From Blepharisma stoltei ATCC 30299 (taxonomy: Eukaryota; Protista; Ciliophora), in contig CBFDEM010000004.1 in assembly GCA_965603825.1 (NCBI GenBank), positions 1-64,000 on the forward strand: a DNA stretch of 64,000 nt, given 5' to 3'. The position numbers were made by a program, and so were the translations under genes. The notes under the pieces were generated by a model. It was not told the origin of the DNA. It worked only from the letters and a program-made list of their open reading frames with translations, and made no database searches. Shown here in pieces: positions 24,782 to 39,015 of the stretch (its first letter is position 1; the number at the start of each line of letters is the position of its first letter).

Positions 24782-27022
24782 ATGCATAAATTTCTCAAAG
24801 ATTTATCAGTTAAAGCTCAAGTAGTCGAAGAAACAACGCTTTCTCCTTATATAATCAATTTTCTTGACTCAGACACCAAAAGCATTTTTTTACACCTAAA
24901 GCAGTTTGCTGATGAGCTGTGATACCTCATAATTTATTCAGAAAAAGACCAAAATTTTCTTGAAAAGTTTAATTCTGACATACAGAGCACAAAGGCAGCC
25001 TTAAACAAGGTGCTTCAAGTTGAAAAAAAATCAAAGAAAATAATTTCAATATATGAAGCTTTGTCTAATAAGTTAGAAATTTCTATAACGAACACGATAA
25101 CTTCAATAGCTTATGCGCAACAAGATATTGATAAAGTTATTTCTGCTCTTGTAGATTATGTGAATGATGAAAAAGAACGGGTTTTGTTTAGGATTAAGCA
25201 ATACTCTATATCAAAAAAATTCAATTATAATGAGTTAAAGTGAAGAGAAGATGATGATGCTCATTTTTCTGAGACAAAAAATTGCAGTGGCCCTCTTATT
25301 TCTTTTTCTAACTGTATCAAGTCTCTACCTTTCAAAGAAATTGATATAATTTCTAATGAAATCGACAATTTGTTTGAAAATAACGCTCAAGTCTTAGCAA
25401 ATATGAATAATTTACAAAAATGTTTGGTTTTTATCAAAATTTCCTCAAATAAGATCATAAATCTTTTGAAAACTTATACTTATCAAATAGAGCTCAAATA
25501 CCACGTTTATCAACAAAAATCATCATCAGATGAAATACGGAGAGTTCTTTTTGATCAGGAAAAATTCGAAAAATTTTATCAAAAAGTGATAAGCATTGGT
25601 AACTGGCTGTCTAGTGAAACCAAAAAATTAGAGGCTTTTATCGAAATTTTGCCATTGCAATGCCAGAAAATGTGTGAAAAATGCGTGATTTTTCCATATA
25701 ATATTTTTAATGAAAATAAATTTTTACATGAGAAATTGAAGCACATCAAAAGTGCCTGCTTATCAGCTTCTCAATACTTAAACTCATTAGTCGTAAAAGA
25801 ATCGCCTGCTAGCATTTTAAGCCTATTAAGAGCCACCCGCTTTATTGAGCAAGCAAGCAGCATGGAAAACTTTACACAAAATGATATTATTATTTCCAAG
25901 GAATTTAAATACTCCACAAGCATTTTATATAGAATGTTGCACTTACGGTCAGAATTATTGAGAAATTTGCAGCTTTACGCATTAATTAAAGAACTCGACG
26001 AAAAAAGAAAATCCCTTTCTGAAGATATGAAAATTCATATCATTGATAGCCCAAATGCGAAAGAATGAGAAAATTATATCAAAATTTTTGCATATGACTC
26101 ATTTGATTTTATAAAAATCGAAAGCAAAATAAAAAGCTCAAGGAATATAGGGTCTGAAGGGTTCCATTCTTATAATTCAAGCTGAGATTTAAAGATTCCT
26201 AAAGAGAATATAAGTGAAATTTCCATAAGTAAGCCAAGCAATAATCACTCCAATAGTGATTGATCAGAAAGTGAACTGTCTTGTAGCATAAAAAGTGGCG
26301 ATGATGAATTAGATTATCAAAATAAATCAAATGGCAAAATAAATTATGCAGAAAAAATCAGAAATAAATTGAACGAATATGCGAAAAAAACTCATGCTAA
26401 AGGAATAAAAGGGTGGAAAAGTGACTTAAAGCGCTTGAAAAATCGAGAGAAAACTCAAACGTCTTTAGATCAAAGCAAGGCGAAGATTTTTCTTGATGAA
26501 AGTTTATTTAAAACCCCAAAAGATGAAAAATCTGACTTATCGACCTGCTCATTTACCCCAAACTCGATCAAGAATTCATTTTTTTCTAATAAAAGAACTA
26601 AAACTTGAAAAGAAAGCTCTATCAGATATTCCAAAACAATAATTAGTAGCAGCAAAAGGATAAAAAATGTGAAAAGCACTGTGCGAGATTCTGTTATAAG
26701 AGATGAAGAAAGCCTGATAAGGAGTGTTTCGCTAAGGAAAGGAAGATCGACAAGTAAAATAGAGAATAAATTATCTAGAGACCTAGAAAATTTAGAAAGC
26801 TATGAAGGAATTAATATCAAGGGGGATTTTTCTAAGCTGCAGAACTATAAAGGAGGGTTTTTAAGATGCAGAATTAGAAATATACAAAGGGATCGGTCGA
26901 TTTCAGCTATTCAGAAGGTGAATGCAATAAGAGATGAATTTGAAAAAGCCAACATGGAAGAGAAAAAAGTAAGGAAGCCAAGAAGTAGGCTTTCAAAAGT
27001 TAATGATTCATATTTAATTTAA
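24782..27022 (+). CDS. Uncharacterised protein, 746 aa
   Basis: ATG 24782 to TAA 27022 in one frame with TGA=Trp, joining four ORF-track fragments; helical N-half, low-complexity basic C-half. Confidence 0.75.
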
Positions 27023-27506
27023 TATTTTAAAATAAAAAAGACCATATGCATAAGCGGAGCAAACTGTTTGAAGAGGAATCTAAAAATATCTGGCTTCCCA
27101 AAAATTCAATTACCTCCTACTCTTAACCATTCATCAAGATTCAAGAGTTTCTTACTTCTATCATTGCATTCCTATTGGCGCCTTATTTTAGTTGCTGGAT
27201 CATGTGGAAATAGTATTAATAGGATATAATTCAGAGTTACTCGTTTCGATGGTAAAATTAAATCTTTAGGAACTCTTAGCCTAAAATCCATGTCAGATTA
27301 TCCCACCAATGAAAAGATGTATGCAATTAATATATAAAGTTTGTTTTTATAGATCCATAATCTTCCAAATACCTTTATTGCTTTTGACGTTTCAAAAATG
27401 AAATATTTCCTTTCCATTCACATTAATTTAGTACTTTTTTAAGCATGATTAGGAATAGGTTTATTAAATAATTCATCTAGGTTTTTAATGAAAATTACTA
27501 ATCATA

Positions 27507-28631
27507 TTATCTAGCTGGTGAGGAAATCATTGTAGAAATTAGCCTGAAAAATATAATTCCAAACGCAAATCCTACTGCACAAATCAATATCCCTTTACTT
27601 TTTGATGCAGATGCTGACTTTATTGCATCAGTCAGGATTATTTCAGATTCCCTCTTTTTCTCTTCATATTCTCTTTTTGTCTTTTTTGCAGTCTCAATTT
27701 TCATTTCCAACTCTCTTTTTTTCGCCTCATAATTCACAGCCCTCGGAGTCCTAGGAGTTCTGCTCCCTGGCGAGTTGCTTCTTTTCCTAGGGGAGCTATA
27801 AATTTTTGACGCTTCCTCTTCTTTTCTTACACTTCTTGTTGTATCATCAATTTCTCTCTTTTTCAGCTCAACTTTTCTTTCAGACTCAAATCTCAGCTGA
27901 TTTATCATGTCTTTTCTTCTCTCAATTTCTCTTTCTTTCAGTTCAGAGTCAGCTTTTCTTGCAAGCTGCCCTTCGCTTTCTAGCCTTTCTAGCTCTTTAA
28001 GCTGCTCTAATTTATTTTCAAGCTGGTCTTTTATTTCTTTTCACTTGGATATTTCGATTGTTTTTTGGTTAAATTGATTAGTCATTTCTTGGAAATTTAA
28101 GCCTGTTTTGGTGTATTCGTCTTGCTTGAAGGATATTCGGCTGTTTATTTCTTGGAGTTTTTCGTCGATTTCTTCAAGTTTGGTTTGCAATTGGCTAGCT
28201 TTTAAGGCTTTTGGGGCTATTTCGCTTTTTACTGATGCAATTTGGGTGGATTTTTCTTCATATTTTTTATAGCTTTCAATTAATGACAGCTCGATCTGTT
28301 TTTCTTCGTCAAGAATTTTGTCAAATTCAGTCTGCAATTGTGAGAGCTTGTCTTTTGTTTCTTTTTCTCTTTCTTTATAAAACACTTCTTGCTGGATTAG
28401 CTCATTTATTTCGTTTTCTACGACTTTAGGGTCATATTTTTCAATTTCTTTGTTTAGCGCCATAACCCTTCCTTCAGCTTGTTCAATATTCTTTTCAATT
28501 TCTTTATTTAAAGCGTCTTGTTTAGCTGTTTCAGTGTCAAGTTTGCTGATTTTATCTGTCAATGCTTCATTTTCGCTTCTTTTCACTATCAGATCTCTAT
28601 TCTCAGTTCCCGCTTGAGCTATTTCAGTCAT
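27507..28631 (-). CDS. Coiled-coil protein with C-terminal TM anchor (tail-anchored, golgin-like), 374 aa
   Basis: Two ORFs joined through TGA at 28041; long E/K-rich heptads; ILICAVGFAFGIIFF near the C-terminus. Confidence 0.8.
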
Positions 28632-28672
28632 TTATGATCTTTATTAATCCTTAATTTAAATACATTACAAAA

Positions 28673-29407
28673 TTATTCACGCATGATGTCTTCTATAGTC
28701 ACTGGCCTTCTACAGTAAGGACAAATTGCACTTCTTGCCAGCCAGAGGTCAATACATTCAATGTGAAATCTGTGAAAGCACCCAGGCAAAACCTTAATAT
28801 CAGTCCCAGGCTCCACATTTTCTAGACAAATCGAGCATATCATATTTTCTTCTGTTTTTTCCGTCTTAATTTTCTTGATTTCTTCAGCGCCCAAAGGCCT
28901 TCTCCCCACATTTTGAATATCCATCCCTTCCAATCCAGGCTCAAACATATCTCTATTCGCCGAAATCAGCATTAGTACCCCAAAAAGCCCAACTGAGCAA
29001 GATATCAGTGACCAATACATATAAGCTCCTGATAAGACTAATATTAGTTGGTAAGGTTTCTGTATTTCTGGGATCTAATTGACTATTACGCATGCTTCAT
29101 CCTCATGAATGGTATAGACTATCCAGTAAGTGCCTATAACAGTTCATATGAAGTTTCAGAATTGGATAAGAGAAATTATTGTGAGAAAAGGGTAGAGGCA
29201 GCGCCGAGGAAAGCGCCGGGGGTTAAAAAGAAAGCCTGAAATATTTAGAAAAAGGACAAGGGTTAGGGAAGAAAATTCGATGCATTCCCAAAGACCTAGG
29301 TCAAAGCGGCAATTTTTCCAGTCTTCTTTGTGCTCTTGGTAATTGGAGATTCATCGGATAATGGAGGAAATTAATAGTGAGAGTCAAAATACTTTTTGAT
29401 AGGACAT
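28673..29407 (-). CDS. Membrane RING-H2 E3 ubiquitin ligase, 239 aa, 15-nt intron 29075-29089
   Basis: CSICLE..LPGCFHRFHIECIDLWL...CPYCR; several N-terminal TM segments; intron GTAATAGTCAATTAG. Confidence 0.88.
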
Positions 29408-29489
29408 TTATAAATAAAGAAATTATTTAGGATAAAAATGTGAGGCTTATTTTATATTCGAGATTTTTTGTTATATTTATTTCATATAT

Positions 29490-32400
29490 TTACTTTCTTG
29501 AATATTTGACAGGAATAATTGAGGACATCACTTTCATTCTTTTTAAGTTGTTTATTTCTTTTCTAAAAAAGGGCAGATAAAATATTAAATACAGTAAAAG
29601 TGAAAAAAAGATATAGATAACCAAAGAAATAATAATCCAATTTAGCTGGCTTTTTATAACTGATAAAGAATCACTATCAGCAGAACTTATCAAAATATCA
29701 TATTTCAAGTCCAGCTCATCCAGCTCCACCATTAGATTATACCACGTCCCAATTCAATCTTTTTCATGAGCATTGTCCATATAAGATGAATCAACAGTTA
29801 TAATATTACCTCCAGCCAAAGCCCCATGCTCCATATAATTAGTCGAATTGCTGAAATGCTCATAAAATTTGGCCATGTAAGCATCTGATAGCAGCGGATT
29901 ATATTTTTTATTTTTTAATTGTGAAATTGAATATTCCAATGCAGAATAAACTTCATTGGCTTTTATTTCTGGCTCCTTAAATGGATAGGCTTCAGGAATT
30001 ATGTCCCTTAGATCAAAAAGACTATCTTCAGCCAGAATTTCGCTTGATCAGACTGATAATTCTATATATAAAACCTGCGAGTTTATGATATTTCTTAAAA
30101 GTGTTGGCCGTAAATATAAAAAATCAGCGCAGTTTAAGTATAGATAAGAAATATTTATCAGATAAAATACAAAAGTAATCAATAAATAAGCCCCGATTCT
30201 TCACGTGTATTTTCAATAGTTTTTGAAATTTGCTTTTTTGCTCATACGATTTCCATCAGTAAACATTATGTCGCATTCTCCATGGATGCTTGAAAGCCGG
30301 TCAATGCAGGCTTGTTTAAGTTCAATATAAGAGATAAGGGCAAATTCTTTTATAAGGTTCCAAAATTTATTTTTCATATTTACAACTGATATTCCAAATG
30401 GGATCATAATGAGATTGCATAGGACAAGCACCCCAAATCCGACTGATAAAAGAGCGTCCATTTTGACTTTTAAATCATTGATACCGTTTAATTCACAGTC
30501 AACTGAGTCATAAAAAGAACTATTACAGCGCTTCAGCGTCTCTCCCCAGCCATTAACAACGAAAAATATCAATTCCTCTGTAACATTCTCTCAGTTATCC
30601 AGTTTCCCAGCAAAAGAATTGCCCTAATTTTCAATTACTTTACGAATAAAATCAGCCAATAAATCAATTAAATTTGTTTTTTCTAAATAAAACCCATCAT
30701 CAACTTTTCAATAATCAATATTTTCATCTGAAAAAATATTTCGACTTGAGCATGAGCTTGAGCCTGTGACATTTGTCAATACAATAAGGTGAAGGTCATC
30801 AAGAGCAGCAAGTGTCGACAAAAAATGGTCAAAGCAATAGTCTATAATTTCTTGTGGTCCTTGGGAATCTTTAATAACCAAAATTCCCCTTGCAAAATGA
30901 GCAATTGAATTAATTGCTTTTTCTATATTCCCAACAGTAATTGGTATATCAATATTACTTGCACTTTCTACCTTAGAGGAAGTATAAAATAGAACCGCTG
31001 AATTTGTAGCTAAAACGACAATTATCTATGTAGTAATTACTGATATAATAAAAACACAATGAAAAATATTGATAGATTTTGATGTTGAAATAACAATATT
31101 TTCCAGTACATGAGACTGTGACAGATTATCGGATTTTTGTGACATTTTTTCTGACTCCACAATTTTTTCATTTTTTTCTAAATTTTCTAATTTTTCACAA
31201 ATTTCTGTTAATGCTATGGTATCTTCAATGCTGGCTTGAGAAACATCAGGCTTTGAGTCAAAACCAACAGTCTTCATTTCTCTGGCTGTTCTTGTGCTTT
31301 TCTCAGCTTCATCTCCTGGAAGAATTGAGCTTGCATATTTAAGAGATATATTAGAGGCCGAACTGAACCTGATATTTTTTCCAAATTTGGCCTCTTCTGC
31401 ATCTCCATGTTTTCAACTTTCTATTTCTAAATAATCGTTCAGCAACACAATATAATTAATACTTAAGCCTAAAAATGTTGAATTGCACAGAATTAAATAA
31501 GTTTCCTTCGTGCTATAAAGCTTATAAGGCTCAAAAGGAACTAAATTTTTGCTTGTCAAGGAAGGAAATAATTTTTTAAGAGAGTGTCCTCTTAAATTTT
31601 TGGCCGTTTTTCCTGAATTTTCTACGAATTTTTCTGTATAATCATATATTTCGCCTTCTTCAGAAACTAACGCGATTTGATGCTTGGATTCTTTTTCTTT
31701 AAAAGCAAATACCAAAATAATTGAATTTTGTATTGAAGTCACTGAAATTCTTCCACTACATTGAATAATGCTGTGATTGGGCAATTTTAAAAAAATAGTG
31801 GGTGGTAGATCTAATTCTGTGTCAGAAATTGGCTGGATATTTGTATATATGTCTTTGAAATAGATACTGTATGGCTTTGGCATAAAAAAATCAATACTGT
31901 TCTCTATTATTCCTTGAAGAGGATATTTCAAAATTTCTGCAGCTTTTGAATTTGCATATGTAATTTTTCCGAAATCCTTATTTTCGCCTGAAATTATAAT
32001 TAACCCATTACTTTCATCAAAATAGCTAATATTTTTATTATCTCTGAAGGAATTGGTGGCTATTTTACCTATAGATCTCATTCTGCTTTCTAAATAATTT
32101 GCCTTTTCGACATCAGATAAAATATTTCTAACATATGAAGAGTACATTAAATAAGCCTCTTTGCTTTTTGGAAACTTTACCACTAAATTGGTATATTCTT
32201 TATTCAAATAAAAAATTGAATCAGATATTGAAATCAACATTTTATTCAGTTTTTGCAATTCAGGCTTAAAAGACACTAGCTCTTTTCAAAAATCCAATAA
32301 ATCATTACAAACAATCTCGTCTTCAATTCTTATATCTTGGATCTTATTAAAATATTTCAAAAATTCAGTGCTTTCATTTGAGTCATAATCAGATAAAATT

Positions 32401-33746
32401 TTTTTGCAAGAATATTCTTGATAGATTCCTTCTAAAGTAATATCAGATTCTCTTCCTTTACTTAATTTTATTTTTGCTAAAACATCATTATTTAGTGTAA
32501 AAATGCAATAATTTGTTTCCCAGATTGTAGTCAATTTATATGAGTATAGCTTTGAATTAAGAAAGCAATCAGCAAATATTTGCAATATTTGGTCAGAGTG
32601 AATTGAATTATTAAGACAGAGGGCATAACGTAATAAATGCTCAAATCCGTAAATGTCTGTGCCAAGTTTTATGCTTGCTGGTATCTCATTTTTAATTTTT
32701 CTTTGCAAGATGATAATGATTTGTATAAGGATTAGACATAATATTGGCAAAATAATAGCAGCAAATAGAGTAATAACAAAAGCTTTATCTATAATCCTAG
32801 CAAACACGAATATAAAAGCCATCATCATAACAATAAAAAATCTCAATGCCATAATGCAATTCACAAAAGTTGAAAAATAAGGCAAATAAATCATGACTTC
32901 AGCCATCAAAATTCCAGAAAATATCATAATAAGTATTTGAAAATACACAATATTATACACTGCTAAGAAAGCATGCAAAATTGGTGATAAATAAGTAAAA
33001 AAAGCTAAATGAAACTCAACTCTTGAATGAGCTCTCGCTTCTAATATTTGTTTAGCCATAGAATGTCGAATATCGCCAGAAAATACAGCATTCAATAGCA
33101 AAATAAAAAAATAAATGATCAATAAAATAATGATTGCCACTAATAATCCTACATTAACTTTAAAGTCAGAGCCATTATTTCCCTCTGGGTATTCTAATGC
33201 ATAGTCTTTAGGAAAAAAGCTATACTTGAGGCAAAGAGTTAGCAATGCTACATTTGGGATTAAAGAAAAATGAGACCCAATATATAAAGTTCGTCTAAAA
33301 GTCCTATAGAAAATTCTTGGAATTCGGACAGAATGGTAAATCAGGCTGGCGAGGAATAAAATTCCCGTGAAATTGAACAAAATTATTCCAAGAGAAGCAT
33401 AGATGCAGAAATTGACCACATTTGAAGCTGCGCATATGGTATCAAGGCGAAGATAGCCTAAATATTCCCAAACAGTCATAATGTCTTTTCATCCAGTTAT
33501 TTGTAAATCAGGAATCCATAGCAAGCTTGAAATCTGAATACATCAAATGAGATTTGTAAAAATGACTTGCACTTTTTGGTTAAATAAAGCTCTTTCTTTG
33601 GGATTTTTTTTGTAATAGCTGGCTCTATAAAATTCAAAAATAGAATTGATTAAAGATTTTTTCCCTCTTATTCTATTAATCCTTTTCAGCTGACTTGTGT
33701 CCTCATCAGCTTCTTCTTCAAAATTTATATTGAGTAAGGTTGACAT
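29490..33746 (-). CDS. Multi-pass membrane PAS-domain protein (TmcB-like), copy A, ~1408 aa; introns 31026-31040, 30624-30638
   Basis: Continuous frame with TGA=Trp and two 15-nt introns. N-terminal TM bundle, helical linker, PAS-like GLIIISGE..FGKITYANSKAAEILKY...NSIDFFMPKPY, four further TM helices. Most divergent copy. Confidence 0.85.
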
Positions 33747-34464
33747 GCCTCTAATAAATAATTATAAGAAAAATGCTTTGGGAGACTAACAAAAGGTAAG
33801 TGCCAATATATCAAAAATCTGATAGAGAATAATTTAAGTTAATTATAATGTTGAGTAATATTTGAGCCATATATTTCACATAATTAATTTGTAAAAAAAT
33901 CTAAAACTAAGAATCTTTTAAAATAATTATAAAATAGAATTTTTATCATTTAAATTTAATAATATCTCGCAACAGATTCAGAAATAATATTTTAGATTTT
34001 TTTAATTAAAAAATTTATATTCGCAGCATCTCAGATTTTATAAAAATGTAAGAAATTTATTAACCATTCTAATGTTGTAAGTTGGCAAGTAGTTTAATGA
34101 AATATTTAAAGCTTTTCATTATTAGTAAAAAACTTTTTGCATATTTTCCAATAATTTCTGAAGCTTCAATTAAGCATAGAATATTAAATAATTTATTGCA
34201 TTTTTTTATTATGAGAATTATCAAAGACTTTAAAATTTTTGGTCTGGCTGATAGGTAGTCTAAACATTTTTCGTAACGATAAACAAAATAATAAAGGAAA
34301 AAAATGCAAAATATATAAGGATTCTTCATATATGATGAGTTAATGTGCCATCTCTGTGGTGTTAGAACACAAAATATTAAAAATTTGTTTATGGCTTAAA
34401 ATTCTGAAAGGATTTTCTTCGCTAAACTCAATATTTTTTATCTATTAACACTAAAATTTAATTA

Positions 34465-37400
34465 TTACGGCATAATTTTCATCACAGCATTTATTTTCTG
34501 AAAATATTTCTTTTCTCTTCTGAAAAACACCAAATAAAGCCCTAAATATAAAGCAAAAGAAAAAAGAATAAAAGCGATGAGCACTGCTACGATAATTTTC
34601 ATTTGGTTATCTATAACGCTTTGTGAATACTTATCAGTCTCATCAATAAAACTATCAAAATTGTAATCTAATTCTTGGAGAGCCGCAATTCACTTTCTTC
34701 ACATAAAATAATCTGGATAATAAAAAGAAAGAGAATATGCATCGGCCATTATACTTAACTTTGAAGAGTATATTCCATATGCTAAATAATCTGCACTATA
34801 CTGTTTATCATATTCATAAAGAGCAGCTTTAATATTTTCTGATAAAACGTCTGCACACTCGTTTTTCCTTATTGCCGAATTTGAGTAATCTAATTTTGAT
34901 ACGATTTCTAAAAATTCATTTTCGTTATCACTGAAAGGAAACATAGACGATAATTGATCTAGAATCGGTAATCCAAATTTTGTCATGCTAATCTCAGTTG
35001 TTCATATATTCAAGCTTGTATATAAAACTTGTATATTTATTAAAGTCTTTAAAACTTCTGGTCTAGCCAATAAATAGTCAGCACATTTTTCGTAAAGATA
35101 GGTGATGTTTATTATTGAAAATAATAAAGAAAAGGCCAAAAATATAAGAGTTCTTCATGCATACTTTCAATAGCTTTTAAAAGTATATGGCTTCATAGAA
35201 AGATGAGGCTCATTTAGTGTTACGTCTGCCTGAAAATGAGCATATTTAAGTCTTTCCATAATTATTTGCTTTAGCTCAAAATAGTGACTATAGGCATTTT
35301 TTCTTATTGTATTCCAAAGATTGTTTTCTATCTTAATGATTGTGTAATAAAATGGAATCATTATTAAAATGCATATAATCAGGAGCGCAATTCCTAATAA
35401 TAAAAGAATTATCATGTCAGTTTTAAAGCTGCTCATCATAGATTTTTGGTAGTCTATAATATCATAAAGTGAATTATTGCAATATCGAATCGATTCTCCA
35501 TACCCATTTAATAATAAAAACGACATATCATTCAGTCCATTGCCAGTATTATTTAATTCGCTTAAGAAACTCTTTCCCTAAATAAATTTTACAATTTTGA
35601 TAAATGCTGCAATTGTATCTATCAAGGTTGATTTTTTCTTATAAACTCCATTTTCATCGATTCTCCATAAATTTACAGCTTCATCAGTCAAAATGCTTTG
35701 GCCTAAGCAAGAATTTCTGATTTTAAGATTCATAGTAACATTTCAATAAATATTTTCTAAATCCGCTAATTTTTCTTTATATTCCTGAAACGTTAATGCA
35801 GTTGCTGGATCATTAGACTTAATGACAGTGGCTACATATATCATTCTTGATAGATAGCCGATTCTCTGAAAATCTTTTCCAGATTTTCCTATGCTTATAG
35901 GAAGACTCATGTCACTGATTAAATTTATGTCGTAAAAAGCATAAATTAAGACTGTAATGTTGACAGCCAAAACTACAAGCATCTGTGTAAAAATTACTGA
36001 AAAGGCAAATGCTAAATGTAAAATATTGATGGCCTTAGATGAGGATTTTATCATATTGAGAAATCTCCTATGAGAAGAGCATGCTGATAGCTGAGATTTT
36101 GAATCATTATCACGTTTTTCTGACAATTCTTTAGCATTTTTTTCTGGAAAAAGCATAATTTCAGAGTCTAAGCATTCTCCAAAGCGGGGGCTTTCTCTAT
36201 AAGTTGAACTAAAAGTTTTATCAGTGCATAAAGATCCTAACTGCTCCTTCTTATAAACTATTTTTTTCTAAAAATAAAAATCGTTTTTAATTGTTGTGTT
36301 CAGTGGGAGTAAAAAATTTATTGATAATTGATTCGTTACTTGGGTTTTCCCTATTTCGACTGAATTTTCATTATTTCATTTTAAAAGCTCTTCTTTGTCG
36401 TTTATGAGAGCTACATAGGGCATTTTCATTTTGTAAAATTCTGAGTGCGAAAGAATTAAAAAAGTTTCAGTCTTGAAGTTTGATAAATGGTAAGGGATAT
36501 TTGGCTGCAGCTTAAAGTCTTCTGAGTTAAAAAATAAGGTTTTTAAGTTCCATCCTACCAAGTTTTCAGATTTTTTAGCTATTCTATGAAAATTATCCGA
36601 GTGGCAAATTATTTCTCCTTCCTCTGATATCAAAGCAACCTCGTAATTTTTGACTTTGGGTTTAAATACAAATATAGCTACAACTAGATCGTTCACGGTA
36701 GTTACTGAGACTTTCCCTACACATTCTAATAAATCATTTTGTGTTATTAAAATGAATCCTTGGCTTAAATCTATTTCAGATGAGGAAGTAAATTGAACAA
36801 ATCTTTTGGCTTCAGCCTTGAATTTTTCTTTATAATAGGGGTGAATGAAGTTTAAAATGTTGTCACTGATAAGGCTGCCAATTGGGAGCCTAAAATATTC
36901 TGCAGATTTTTGGTTGGCATAAAGAATATCACCAAAATTTTGGAGTTCATTCGAAATTATCAAAATTCCATTACTGTCATTAAAAAAGCTAAAATTTTTA
37001 GAATCACTAATGAAATTTCCAAGAGTTCTGTCTAGGGCTCTTAATTTCATCTCAAGTAAAATCGATTTTTCCGAGTCATAGGTGATATCCTTAATAAATG
37101 AATAATAAAGAGCTAAGGATTCTCTCGAATTGGGGAATTTCAAATTTAAATTGCTGTATTCTTTATTTAAGAATAAAATTTCTTCATCTATCAAGTTGAG
37201 ATTCTTTTGTAGTTTATGCAGATTCGGTATTGATGAGGCAATTTCACTCCAAAAATTCAGTAAATTTGTACATAAAATTTCATCTGTTTTTTTAATTATA
37301 TTGAATTGCAGAAAATAATTAGAATATTGTGATCCTTCAGATAAATTGGCATTGGAAATATTTGTTTTACATATATATTCTTGGTATGCAGCTTCAAGAG

Positions 37401-38691
37401 ACCAATCTGAAATTTGTTTTATTTTGCTGAGCTTGATTTTTGCTAAAGATGCTTCTTTTAGAGTAAATAAACAGTAGTTAGCTGCTCATATAACTTGAAG
37501 CTTGCTCCTGTTAACCCCTTTTTCTATAAAAAAAATTTCAAAGGTACTGATGATTTGATTTTTGTTTTCAGTATCGTTTGAGCATAACGCATACCTTAGA
37601 GATTTTTCTAAATCGTATTGTGAATTTATTTCTGCCAAATTTTCAGGAATACATTTATTTATTTGTTTTTGCAATGCTACAGAAAATTGAACAATAAATA
37701 AAACTGATAATGGACCTAAAATAATTACCAAAATTGAAATAGCTAATGAATTATCCATTAAACTTCCTAGAAGAAAAATAGAAGAAATAAAACCTATAAG
37801 GTATAATCTCAGAATTATAATAGAATGATAATAAACTGAAAAATAAGGTAAAAACATAGTAATTTCCTTTATCAAGAACGCTGCAAAAATGATAGCTAAA
37901 ATTTGTAAATATATAATGTCGTTTTCAGCAAGCACAGAATAAGCAATTGGAAAAAAATATGTAAAAAGTGTGACATGAATATCAATTTTTGAGTGAGCTT
38001 TAGCATTTATAGCTTTTTTAGAAACAAAGTGCCGAATTTCTCCTGAAAACTCTGTCTGAAAAAAAATTAAAAATAGGGAAATGACCAGTGCAACACTAAC
38101 TCCAAATTGCAATAGAGGGCTTATTTCGAATTCTTTAAAATCATTATGATTTTCATATTCTGAGACACTATTTTGAGGTAAAAAATTATATTTGAGAAAG
38201 ATGGAAAATATTTCAATTGAGGGGATTAGAAAAAACGTTGATCATAAGTAAAAAATCTGTTTAAAAGTACCTAAAATATATTTTGGTAAAGGATAAGAAT
38301 AATAAATAATAATGACAAAAGGAATAATACAAAAAAAATGAAAATAAACTGCCAAAGCAGATAAGTAAAGACATTCATTTATTATCCCTAAGGATGAGCA
38401 GGCATTGTCAAATTTTAAATAGCCAATTATTTCTCATATTATCATATTTTTGTGTCAATTTTTAATTGAAAGATGTGGGATTCATAATAAGCTTATAGTT
38501 TGAAAGCATCAAATAATCCCTTCAAGTGCTGTTTTAGCTTTTTGTAATATAAAATCTTCTACCTCTAAGTTTTCATCATAGTAAAGCCGCCGATAAAGCT
38601 CAAAAACAGAGATCTTGATATTATTTTGAGTTTTATTTCACTTTTGTGTGAAACCAAAAATTGTGCCAGCTTGATCCTCTAATTCTTTCAT
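34465..38691 (-). CDS. Membrane PAS protein copy B, ~1374 aa after removing 72-bp insertion; introns 35983-35997, 35578-35592
   Basis: Colinear with the other copies. The only non-intron in-frame stop found (TAG, 36268-36270) lies inside a TA-bounded insertion absent from paralogs. Confidence 0.85.
36238..36311. mobile_element. 72-bp TA(A)-bounded IES-like insertion in copy B
   Basis: TAA direct repeat at 36238 and 36310. Deleting 72 bp restores QLSINFLGSLCTD, against QLSINILGSLCSD in copy C. Confidence 0.8.
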
Positions 38692-39015
38692 AATGATTAT
38701 ATTTATGCTATGGATTTATTAATTTTCTTTTGATTAAATAATACACGAAGCAAATATATGATAAACTATAGAGCTTCTGTTTCATATTAATCATATATTT
38801 TACTTCATCCACTGAAAATGTGTTAATTTGGCCTTGATTTTATTATCTCATGTAATTAGTTAAAAAATAAAAAACTTAATTAAACAAAATATCTCAAGAG
38901 TTCGAGTTTACTTTTTCAAGCTAATAGATTAGCTTAAGTAAAAACTGAATGAGATGGTCATAATTGATGCTATTTCTTATTGCTTATATACAGTATATTA
39001 ACCCAAAATTAATTA

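Noticed and set aside
27022-27425. Possible small minus-strand gene (MDFRLRVPK...)
   Set aside because: Internal TAG with no usable 15-16 nt intron and no recognisable motif; unsupported.
34069-34329. 86-aa minus-strand ORF between copies A and B
   Set aside because: Very AT-rich low-complexity translation with no family similarity.
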